From Phoronis australis (lineage: Eukaryota; Animalia; Phoronida), in NCBI GenBank assembly GCA_002633005.1, contig NMRA01000630.1, forward strand, positions 197,115-239,459: a stretch of DNA of 42,345 nt, given 5' to 3'. The translations under genes were made by a program, and so were the position numbers. The notes under the pieces are model-generated. The model saw only the letters and a list, made by a program, of their open reading frames with translations, ran no database searches and was not told the origin of the DNA. How positions within the stretch are numbered: position 1 is the stretch's first letter; every line of letters starts with the position of its first letter. Shown here piece after piece: positions 23,928 through 33,975 of the stretch.

Positions 23928-24049
23928 TCATAAGCGACCAAAAGTCTCAATAGTCACCAAGCTGAAGGTGGATACGGTGAACGCAATGGCAAATGGAGTC
24001 AGGCGAATAGCGTGCGACCCTACGAATTTCTCAATGGTTTCACTGCCAT
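23928..24049 (-). CDS. Terminal coding exon of WSC/kringle gene; hydrophobic, GPI-signal-like tail
   Basis: Acceptor CTTTATGCAG, phase 1; YGSETIEKFVGSHAIRLTPFAIAFTVSTFSLVTIETFGRL*; a donor CAG|GTAAGT follows about 48 nt after the stop. Confidence 0.6.
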
Positions 24050-24667
24050 CTGCATAAAGTGACAAAAACATGGTGCAGCAGGTTTAAAAATGAACTAGAA
24101 AGACTTCAGCAGAACTCTACCCAACACAGTTGGTTGAACATATTGACGAATTAGTTTGGCAGTTTTGTCAATTGCTAACGCTATAATATAGCGGTTTTAT
24201 CATTTTTCGGAAGACATTGTGAGGCTTATATTTGCTCCGAATTGGACAAAGTTGCACAATAATTTGCTGCGATTTGGACCATGTTTGTGGAGCAGTGTCT
24301 GTCGATTTTATGTCGATATTTAGGCAGAATAAAAACGGATGTTAGCCGAAAATACTCGCTGCATGTGTAGCACTGTGCACTCTTGTGTTTCTGTTACCCA
24401 TTATCGAATATCGTCCTCAACTTACATTTATGCCTTGGTTTACAAAGTTCATTCCCCTGTTTGAGGAAAGCTTGTGAAAAAAGAAGGCTAGCAACAAATG
24501 GCTGACTGCTGATGTTTCCGCCCTTATACACAGTTCACATTAACAAAAGGTATGGTTAATGGTTAATGTATCAGAGTTCATGCTACCGCGTATGATGCAG
24601 TGTAAATGAGGTAAACATCGGTTACATTCCGCGGCTAATCATCAAACAGGATGAGCAAATAACGTAC

Positions 24668-24949
24668 ATTCGTTACAGAATGGGATGCCACAGTAATCCC
24701 ACTTCGGGAACTGTCCTTCTATGTAGCACCATGGGCCGTCCGGAGAGTCGTCTGGGTTGCGGCATAGGTTCGACATCTGCACGGAAGGAGGAAATTTGTC
24801 AAAATTCGTCTCCATTTTCGGTTGCTTGAACAATCTTTTGAGAACATCCGTGTTTGACCAACCTCTACATGTCAGACCGTCCTTGGTTGTAGCTTTTGAA
24901 CCAGCATATTCCTGTCCTGACTTGGTCGTTTTACACGTTATTTTCTCCA
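24668..24949 (-). CDS. Kringle domain exon (kringle 2)
   Basis: 282 nt, phase 1-1, TTTCCAG / GTACGT; C...GQEYAG...TC-x-x-W...NLCRNPD...GPWCY...WDYCGIPFC with six Cys. Confidence 0.9.
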
Positions 24950-25821
24950 CTGGAAAGATGCGGTTAATTACTTATATGTAAATTAGATTAACCGCACTTG
25001 TCGGGTTTTTCGTTACGTTTACATCCTGTTCAAGTGGCAACGAACGAAATATTTGTAATGCATGATGACAATAGTGTATTTTCATTTAAGTCAGTTTCCT
25101 TGTTCTTCATCATGCATTCGGGAAATCCCGAGTAAATAATCTGCGACGGGCGCTACGTTAAGATTGAAAGACACGAATTCTCACTGTGTTTCCAACAAGT
25201 GGGACTTAACGTCAGGTTATTCCGACTCCGAGGACACTATGGAATGATAATTAAGTGTCGAGTTATGTTACTTTAGCGAGATGTACCTAGTTAAAACTAC
25301 GTTCCGAGGATCACGACAGTCTCTACATTACATGATCGACTGGCGATCTCAAGCTTTCGCGCATTTCTGCGAAGCTAAACTGGTGCGGCATCTGTAGGGT
25401 AGTAAGAAAATGAAACCTGCTGCGCTTAGATGGGTTCTCACTCCATCACACTGATCCATGGAGGATGTTGATGATATCCAAAAAGCTTTCTTGACACCGC
25501 GTTCAAATCAGTTTAAATTTTCAGTCACAAATTGATATCCTGTCTCGGTGAGATTCTCATAATAAGCTAACCAGTAACGATACGTCTCCACGTTAGTACA
25601 TCCGGCTGAACTGTTCATAACACTTATATACATGGACATGGAAGAATCATAAAGTACATCAGCAATAGTCTGAAATAATTTTGCCAAATTGGGGGAACTT
25701 TGAAATGAACAGGGACATCCAAACGCAAAACTGAAATGAATTTTGACAGCGGCTTTTTTCCAGTCGACGTGTAAAAGGGGTTTCGCGGGGCATGTTGTAC
25801 CCACCCAAGTCAGTGTCTTAC

Positions 25822-25836
25822 CTTCTCTTGATTTAT
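25822..25836 (-). CDS. Candidate 15-nt micro-exon between the two kringles
   Basis: TTGTTTCTTTCAG|ATAAATCAAGAGAAG|GTAAGA, phase 1-1, adds DKSRE in frame. Confidence 0.4.
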
Positions 25837-27497
25837 CTGAAAGAAACAATTTAATGACATTTTACAAAACCAGTTCCAGTCACATAGTTAACTGTCATTC
25901 CAGGAGAGCAGCAAACGGTCGACTCTAGATCTATGAGTAATATACATCCAGGAGGGATTTGTTTAAAATATTTATTGGAAAATTTTTGGGCCATTATTTT
26001 TTAAGTTAGAGCATCAAGAATACTTTGGCGGAAATGGCCCATTTTTGGTTCAAAAAGATTCAGTTAGTGAAGTCGTTTTAAGACGTTTAAGTGAACAAGA
26101 TTAAATTTTTATAATCTTTATGTAGATGTTGAACCTCTCTAACAGAAGATTTTCCCTAAGGTCATTCCGTTAACCTTCAATGGAGTGCCAAAATTCGGTA
26201 AATTTTGCCCAATATTGTGTACTTAATTTTAAGCTGTGCTTTCTGACCTAGTTTTGGAAATCTAGCACACTTTCGTGTCTCTCAATGATGTCGAGAAGGC
26301 AAAGAATTTCAGATCACGCATCCACGGGTAATTGTCCAATTTATCAAACGTCAGAATAGCAACCCATTTCACAGCAGTAATACTTCGACATTGGGAATAC
26401 GAATAGAGTAATGCAGTCGAGAAAAACCTGTTAAGAATCAGACAACAACAAATAACATGTGAAACTCCAGTGGCACAAAACAAATCAGCAAGTGTACGTG
26501 AAGGATGTTTACGGCATTGTGGGTAAATAGAGTGTCGCTGTGTAATTTGGGAGTTATCGGAAAATTTCGAAATCATTCCAAGTACAGATCTCGACCATTG
26601 ATCTCGACCCATACCAGGAACAATTTCTCGTTGGATATTACTTCATAATCTGCACCATGTTCGGTGCAAGTTGTGTATTTATGCCGACCCATTGGGACCA
26701 ATGTGGTTTTTGACTGTTATTATTCTTTTGAAAATCGAGTCGGTCAGGTGGTATTCTTTTCAATAGACAGTATTTTGAGATTTTTCAAGTTTATCCACTT
26801 CTGGGATGATCTCGTGTACTCTCTCCACTCTCACCCTCTCCTAAGTCAGTCTATGGACGTACCCAGGACTTCAAGGCGATAAAAAATGATGAGAATAGGC
26901 GTGGGAGCTTACGAAACTGGTGACGGTCGCTGAACTACAAAATGCAAGAATTCTCCATAATCCAGGTCACGGCCAAATTAACGTTGACCAGCAAGTGAAG
27001 TTGGTGGTGACCCAAGGATTAATTTTTAGCTTGCAACAGTCTTGGACAATGATATTTTCGTCAATGGACGACAAAAGTCTCCGTGTCCGCCAGGGATAAT
27101 CACAGGTAATATTCGGGTACCGCCCACACCTGGATTAATAGTAGACACGACACGGCAACATGTGATACTCTTGCCCACATAACTTATGAGGAGTCTCTCT
27201 TCGGGGATCGTAAATGCTGTCTTTCGAAATTTTAGTTTTGCATCTGCAGTCGGAGCACTCTGAACCCTCAAATATAGTGTATGGGGAAACACGGAGGTTT
27301 GAGACGTGTTTCTGCTGACTGCCTATGCAGTAAATGCCATCAAATCAATGAGCATTTTATTGTCATCCTAAAGAACATTTTGAAGCCGTGTAAGTATGGC
27401 TTACACGATGTATGTGCACAGCAACACGAAGTTAGAGTACAGTGACTGACCACAGTAAGTCATCTCGGCGATGCACTTTAAATGTGATACGTTTTAC

Positions 27498-27827
27498 CTG
27501 CATTCGGACAAATAGGAATGACACAGTAGTCCCATGTTAGTTGTTCTTGGTCTGTGAAGCACCAAGGCCCTTTCGGGTCTCCGTCGATATTTCTACAGTG
27601 GTTGCTCTTCTTGTCAGACGAACTCATGCGTTTGAAATCATCCCACGTTTTGTCAACAATTTTCATCAATTCTCTCACATCTTTGAAGGCAGAAAACATA
27701 ATTTTCTGTATCTCATAGTCTTTGTAAATGTCTGCCCATTTAACACACCGTTGACCAAAAGCAGCCCAAGACATGGTCCCTTTGTAGTCTTTGCCGTATT
27801 GGTCAGAAAGACAAGAAATATCCGGAG
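27498..27827 (-). CDS. Kringle domain exon (kringle 1, with long insertion)
   Basis: 330 nt, phase 1-1, CTTTCAG / GTAAAA; C...GKDYKG...RCVKW...NHCRNIDGDPKGPWCF...WDYCVIPIC. Confidence 0.9.
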
Positions 27828-28376
27828 CTGAAAGTGTCAGTAACGTTGTACACATTACCTGGACTAAGGTTACGGCGAGGAGAGCAAGAACTCAGCGACT
27901 TAAAAGCAAGTGTTTCACTGCAGTACAGTACATGTATGCATCTGAACTTACTAGGTCACACTCGCAAAATAAAGACCATTGATATTTTAGCCGTCCCAGG
28001 AGCTCAGCCTTTCGCACAGCCTTCAGAGCGCACCTCTTATTCCACCCTAGTCGTGCTCTTGTATATATGTGGAAATATCTTCGATTAATGGACGGAAAAA
28101 GTGTAACACATTTATTAATTCATAGAATTCTTTATTATAATTTAACATTCCAATCTCATCGATCAATCACTTCAGTGGTCGTCATTTTGTGAAGTAAGGC
28201 GAATGGTCGCGAAACATTTGCCTTTCGCTCGCGGTTGCACTTTGTGACTGAACTTCATTTGTTATCAAAGCCTTGCAAACTACTTACTTTCCCATAAGAC
28301 TTAACTACATGCAAGTCTAGTCTGGCTCAAGTCTACCCGAGTTCACGGCCCGACTCGCGCTCGTTCAACGTTCAGT

Positions 28377-29640
28377 TTAAAGGCAAAGGCAACCCTTTTC
28401 ATGTCATTTTTAGCAAAAATAAGGTTCGTTGAATAACCCAGACATATTTTTCACTTATTTACTGCTTTTCGTAATTTAATTAATTACTCGTCGTCTACTC
28501 CGGAAGTGACGTTTTGGGAGGCAAGAATTTCGCGCTAATTTCTTTTCATATAGTCTGACTGTGAAAGCAGTCGAGTCAGTCATTGTTTTACTTCGGTTGT
28601 GATAAGTTCGGTCGTCGTTTGCTTTTGCTTACGAGTCAGTCAACATGCCACGCTGTTGCTGCGTACTGGAGTGTACTCATTATCGTCTCACGAACAGAGG
28701 AAGAACTGGAGGGTGATCTGAGCAAACTGCTAACATCCCGCCGTGTGACTCCCTCGTCACACACCTGGCACCTTCCAAATAGCTCCAATACAAGTCCACA
28801 ATAAACTTATCAAACTTCGACTCACCAATCTGTTCATTGGATGACGAACTGTCCTCTTCACTGGGTGTCGAACTGGGTCTGTATTCACTCCCACTACTCA
28901 CCATCGCTGCAGTGCTGCTTACAGGCTCTGCCGGAGCTAGAGACAACAAAACAGGGCGAATCACTGCTAGTTCCCGCAATTGCACGCAATGGGGTACGTT
29001 CGGAGGCACGGATTACAATAGATGAAGTGCCTTCAGTCACTGTATATAGTGGTCACAACTCGCGAGGCTTCTCGCTTCAAAAACGCACTTCTCGGGGTTG
29101 GCGACGGGGCACTGCCGGGAATCAACAGCGACGGTATCGTACCCTTCTTCAGGCGTTGTTTTGCAGGGACCTTCATCAATTCATTGTACATATCTCTGTC
29201 ATAACCTGACTGCAGAAAATGCTTGCCACACACTCGGTAACCCTCCACTGCTTTGTACATTGCGTGGTCGGGTAGCGCTGCGTTCTTCATATGAACGAGC
29301 TAGACAAGTTCGGCGAAGTGTGTCATCCTTCGGAAAGCGACGCAAGGTACCCAATGCGCGTGTGAGACTATAATGAGAACATCCCGGCACGCAGCAACAA
29401 CGTGGCAAGTTGACTGACTTGTTAACAAAAGCAAACGACGACCGAACTTTCACAACTGAGATAGAACAATGACTGACTCGACAGCTCTCTCAGCCAGACT
29501 ATAATGAAAAGAAATTGGTCCGAATTTTTCATGCACTCATTTTGACTATGGAGGAAACTCTTATCAATTTCATAACAGTAGTAAATGACCTAAATGACAA
29601 AATGGTTTTGTAAAAAGTGCTCTGGTTTAACGCAACTCTT
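28377..29640 (-). mobile_element. Kolobok-like DNA transposon derivative with THAP-domain transposase N-terminus; fold-back structure
   Basis: TTAA|AGG left end; minus-strand PRCCCVPGC...RFPKD...RVCGKHF...LKKGTIPSL (THAP C2CH, frameshifted) followed by KFIV...LELFGRCQVC; inverted arms 28526-28691 and 29362-29527. Confidence 0.7.
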
Positions 29641-30001
29641 TGATATTATAGACAGTCTCCTCAATCGTGCTAGCGAACAAATGCAAAGTATGTTCATCAG
29701 GTAGCAAACGTTAAATCGCCTCCTGTCTGCTGTTTTTGACTCAGTTAATATTTACATGCGTTTGCCAGGTATAAGTAGATTATATTATTACTTTTCTATT
29801 GTCAAAACATGGTAGAAAACACAAGAATAATAAAACTAGGGTGAGCTTGCATACCCCAAAGAGCGTGATGCAGAAACATGAAAACCGTTTCGTGTCTACA
29901 TATCAAAAGAGCCAGAATATTTAGTATGTTCATTGAAGCACACGTGGTACTAAAACACTATCTTTCCATTGGAAATCGCGGAATGAATGAAATCTCATTA
30001 C

Positions 30002-30274
30002 CTGGGGCCGAGACCGAGACCCAATTTCGCCAACCACCACCGCAGACTTGTTTCGAGTTCCCGGGGCACGGATCATCGCACTCCTCATCTGGTTTCTTCG
30101 AATGTGACCCATATCGATTACCGCACCAGCACTCATCACCCTCTTGCGTTCCGGCAAAGGCGTAGCCTTTGTTTCCGCAAACCTTTCTGCACTTGTCGTT
30201 CGTGTTGTCGGACGAAGTGTATGCGTGATGCTCCAGATCTCGACTCCAGTCGTCACCAAAGCAGCCAGGCAAAG
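30002..30274 (-). CDS. WSC domain exon of WSC/kringle gene
   Basis: 273 nt, phase 1-1, CTCCAG / GTAATG; GCFGD...RDL...KCRKVC...GYAFAGTQEGDECWCGN...CDDPCPGNSKQVCGG, the 8-Cys WSC consensus. Confidence 0.92.
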
Positions 30275-30951
30275 CTGGAGTGTAAAAATGCTTATTATTC
30301 AAATTCATCTTCAAAAAGATTCAGAAAACAGAGTTTGTCCTTCTCTAAGTTTTTAAGTCAAGTTTGTGGTGCAGTTTTTTGTATCCGCTTACTTTTCGAA
30401 AAATAATCAACATGCAACAAGTAAATTACACGGGATTTGTTTTATCGGTACGCAAATCATAACGTTTCACACCTTTTCTGCCCTTACAGAAAAAAAGAAA
30501 ACACGATAACTATTCTAGAAATTAATGGGAACTGTCATGCGCATGGATGCTTTGCCTACATTTCAGAGCAATACAAGCAAATGAAACGACCGCTAGACGT
30601 CCCCAGGGCTTGTAATAATGACGTCACTCCTCCAACCCATTAAAAACATCACTAGTTTGACAAAAGCTGTAAAACCAAAGGTATAAAATATAAGTGATGT
30701 GTGTATGTCTATGGCAGAACCCACAGTCGAAAAAGTTTAACTGGTTTTTATAACTATCCAGCGGATAAGAGCTTATACGTCGGATAAGATTTGTACGCCG
30801 GATAGTTATCCGGCGTATAAATTTGGGTTGCACAAAACTTGGATACGGTTGGGATAAATATCCGGCGGATATGTATGTTCTACGGCGGATAGCCAAAAGG
30901 GATACCATATAAGGCAATACCCATAATTCCTGTTACCGTGGTTCAGATAAA

Positions 30952-31091
30952 ATGGCTGAAGCAAAGAAAAGGTCATGCAACTGCACAAAGAATGAAATCA
31001 ACGTTTTGACTGAATTTGCCAAGTCAAACTTACAAGTTATTAACAACAGGCTCAATCAGACGGTGACGAAGGTAGAAAAGAACTCCGTTTG
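30952..31091 (+). pseudogene. Harbinger Myb/SANT-like DNA-binding gene, 5' fragment
   Basis: MAEAKKRSCNCTKNEINVLTEFAKSNLQVINNRLNQTVTKVEKNSV fits the KR-x-x-NF...E...L...T-x-x-x-K-x-x-x-W pattern; cut at 31092 by an insertion. Confidence 0.65.
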
Positions 31092-31250
31092 CAGAGCTCG
31101 ACGCTATTAAAGTCGCCAGGTCGCATTTTGCGACCTAGCCAAAATCCCAGGTCGCTTTTTTGAAACCCAGCTCGCATTCACAAATGCCAGGTCGCAAAAA
31201 TTTCCCGCCATTTTTACGCGCCAAAAAGTGTTTTTTAGGTCATCGAGAAA
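31092..31250 (+). mobile_element. hAT-like terminus inserted in the Myb gene
   Basis: Starts CAGAGCTCGAC, followed by repeated CCAGGTCGC subterminal motifs. Confidence 0.5.
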
Positions 31251-31659
31251 CTTAAGATTATACTCTTACCTCTAACGTTAAATACTCACAAATTTCAGAT
31301 CGCAAAATTGAGTTCATTCATGCAGGTACGGCCTTACTGTTCTTCACGGCCTCCATTGAAAGGCTCTGCAACGCAAGTTGCCGACGTGAAAGTTGAAACA
31401 GTACTCTCTAACTGACACGTGCATTCGAGTAGCTAAGTTTGCGATGTAAAAAGCGAGAAAATGACCGTTGAAAAAGTATCCGCGATTTTGACCTGCTACT
31501 GCCTGCCATCAAAGTCGTTAAAGATCTAAACTAACTCGGAGTGCAAATTCCCTTCATTTTTGTTTGCAGCCCAAATTTTGCACTTAACTCGACGTTTGAA
31601 AAACATCTACCGAAAAAAACCCGGGAATTTCAGACATGAAAATTCGACGACCAAATGTG

Positions 31660-32166
31660 ACGATTCAATTCAATGAAGGGTGTCCGATCAATGCTGGTAA
31701 ACTTTGTAGGGTCACATATTAATAGACTCAGTTTATCGGAATAGTCGTCTTTGTTTGAAATAACATACTGAGCAGACTTCTCGGCGCGGCGAATAACGAT
31801 ATTACCATTATTCTTGAAGCGTTTGGAAACATCTATCAGACGGCTAGAGAGAGCACACTGATGAATTTTGCTGCGACACTTAGTATCTTCAGAGCTAAGC
31901 TGTTCTCGTGTTAGGGTTAACACTGAGAAACCCATTCAGTCGAAAAATATCATGATACAAATTTTCGACACAACTTTCTTGCGATAGGTGTCAAACTTGG
32001 ATCTAATATGAAAGTGCGAGAAAGTCCGTTTCTGCAGCGTCCAAATCTCAGTCAGACAGCTTCACATAGGTTTCACGTTCCTCTGGTAGTCTAAAGACTC
32101 TCAATAACAAAAAGTCTCTTGTGTTTAATCAATACTGCATATCGGAAAACTTGCTCCCGAAGTACA
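31660..32166 (-). mobile_element. Penelope-like element fragment (pre-RT region) with a short inverted piece
   Basis: Minus strand LPEERETYVKLSD...ETDFL and NIVIRRAEKSAQYVISNKDDYSDKL...DPTKF...P (ADKG...DY...K motif); plus strand SLVFNQYCISENLLPKY at ~32100-32166. Confidence 0.65.
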
Positions 32167-32243
32167 GGCAGAAACCATTGTTAACCTTTTCAATAGATTC
32201 ACACATTCAATGTACTCATATTAGTAATTCACCTGATGTGAAC

Positions 32244-33141
32244 TACCATATTTGTCCTAATAAGCGCCCATGCCCCCCTAAGCGCTCCCTCCGCCAAATC
32301 GCCCAGCCCATGAAGTGTATACATTTGAAAAACACTTTACCTAGATTTCTAAAATTCTACGTCTTCAGTTTATCAGTAATATCTGACAGTCCCGAAAGAA
32401 ATCATTGTGCACCAAATTTAAAGACCACGAGCCTCGCCGCTATGTCGGTATTTAGCCGTGAATATAAACTTCAAACTTACGCAGTACTTCAGAAAGAAGT
32501 CAAAGTTTTGCAGATGTCGCGAGGCACGTGACCCACTATGGTATGGCCTTTCAGAACAGACTCAGTGCACTTGTCAACGGGAGTGAATCTCGCTCACTCG
32601 GCACACACTTGCAGACAAACTTCAGAGCAAAAGTCACGTGACAACAACAAGTGGGTTCGTCCAGATTTTTCTCATGATTCGGGGGGGGGGGTCTGGTGCA
32701 GATTTGGACTTAATCTGCGGTTAATCCCGAATCTAGAGGAGCTTAAAAATATTAGGGACGCTATTTGGAAAACTTAAGGAGGATTTCATGTTGAGTCGAA
32801 CTGTATTTTTATCAAGAATTCAAGTTGCCATATTGACAATCGCGAGGCACCGACGCATGAGTCGGTGAGTTTTCGCCGCTTGGATTTCCCCACAATTTTC
32901 TGGAAAAGGATAGGACAAAAAACAACGAAGCTTGACAGCAATGCACCACAAATTTGCGGAAAGTCTGCCATAAGCTACAGATACGTCGCAGAGCGTTAAT
33001 TTGATGAATCATATATAGCTTCCGATTCCACCTGTTTCGGAGACTGGATTTCAACGCTATAACCTACAATAAGTGCCCGCCACCCCATCCCGAAACGAAT
33101 TTCTGTAACTGCCCTGGGCGCTTATTATGGTGAGTACGGTA
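32244..33141 (-). mobile_element. TA-flanked TIR element with HIRAN-like remnant (copy C)
   Basis: TIRs TACCATATTTGTCCTAATAAGCGCCCA / TGGGCGCTTATTATGGTGAGTACGGTA; interior colinear with 21076-21856; minus strand VDKCTESVLKGHTIVGHVPRDICK. Confidence 0.75.
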
Positions 33142-33208
33142 AACCATAACGTAATGTCATGCCCATACTCAGGTAAACCTGACTACCGACCACAATTCTA
33201 CAACAGAA

Positions 33209-33683
33209 TCAAGGGAAGAACGTGCGAGCGACGTGATCACGCAAGCCTCTGCCTGTCTCAGGGCCGGCATAGTGCAGAAGCTCAGCTATAGTTGATGTCT
33301 CGTGCGTCCTCCTCTGGCTCGTTAAACGATTTGGCTATATTATGCTAAATTACACAATAAGCCACAACGCAACCACTTTGGTTTGGCTCCAGCCCGACCT
33401 CTCCCTGTAATATTGCAAAACGACCTTTCAAGACGCCGATCGCCCTTTCAATGGATGTCCTCGTACATGTACATTTGTGGCTGATGTTATATCGGCTCTC
33501 CGCTCTCGTGTTGGGATGTAAATACGGAGTCATTATGTAAAGTGAACATGCATAACCGCTGTCACCCAACAAATACCCAATATCAACGTGGTACGTCGAA
33601 ATACTTTCCTATGATCGAGGTGAGAAAAACATAGCTATTGTGGGTGGAACCAGACCATCGTGCACAAACTTTAATAAAAGCTC
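33209..33683 (-). pseudogene. Harbinger (HARBI1-like, DDE_Tnp_4) transposase, 3' exon
   Basis: Acceptor TTTTTGTAG; FIKVCARWSGSTHNS, LLGDSGY...MTPY...E-x-RYN...IERAIGVLKGRF, C-terminal GRGLRDHVARTFF*; internal stops. Confidence 0.9.
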
Positions 33684-33860
33684 CTACAAAAATGAAAACA
33701 TGTTGATAACTGCCACTCGTACCGGTAATACTCTGTTAGGGATTTCCAATCAACAGCAATTATCCATATAAGGCGGAAATAGGGGTGTCTTTTCACATAG
33801 AATTACTCTCTGACAGAAATGTGATGTTAATTATTCCGAGTCCACTCTCTAAATGGGTGG

Positions 33861-33975
33861 CGCCATTGCATTGTTATTCGTACGACTGTGTTTGGTGTGA
33901 GCCCTTCCGGTTCCGCCTCGCTGTGGGTCGGCTGCGAATTAAACTCGTTAAACTTACAAATCATTGTCTAGTTTA
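33861..33975 (+). repeat. 5' LTR-like direct repeat
   Basis: ~115-bp CGCCATTGCATTG...GTCTAGTTTA repeated at 40308-40423 with a few mismatches. Confidence 0.85.

Larger units (their letters stand above)
21438..24963. other. Tandem near-identical blocks either side of an N (probable uncollapsed haplotypes)
   Basis: 21438-23176 ~ 23178-24963; the same pattern occurs at Ns 35446, 38107 and 41027. Confidence 0.85.

Noticed and set aside
25410-25849. 113-aa ORF whose frame stays open past a TGA (possible selenocysteine or extra exon)
   Set aside because: No recognisable domain, no SECIS evidence, and no phase-compatible splice pair apart from the micro-exon.
26262-27292. Minus-strand ORFs of 116 and 88 aa between the kringle exons
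   Set aside because: No recognisable motifs; splice phases do not clearly fit the phase-1 gene.
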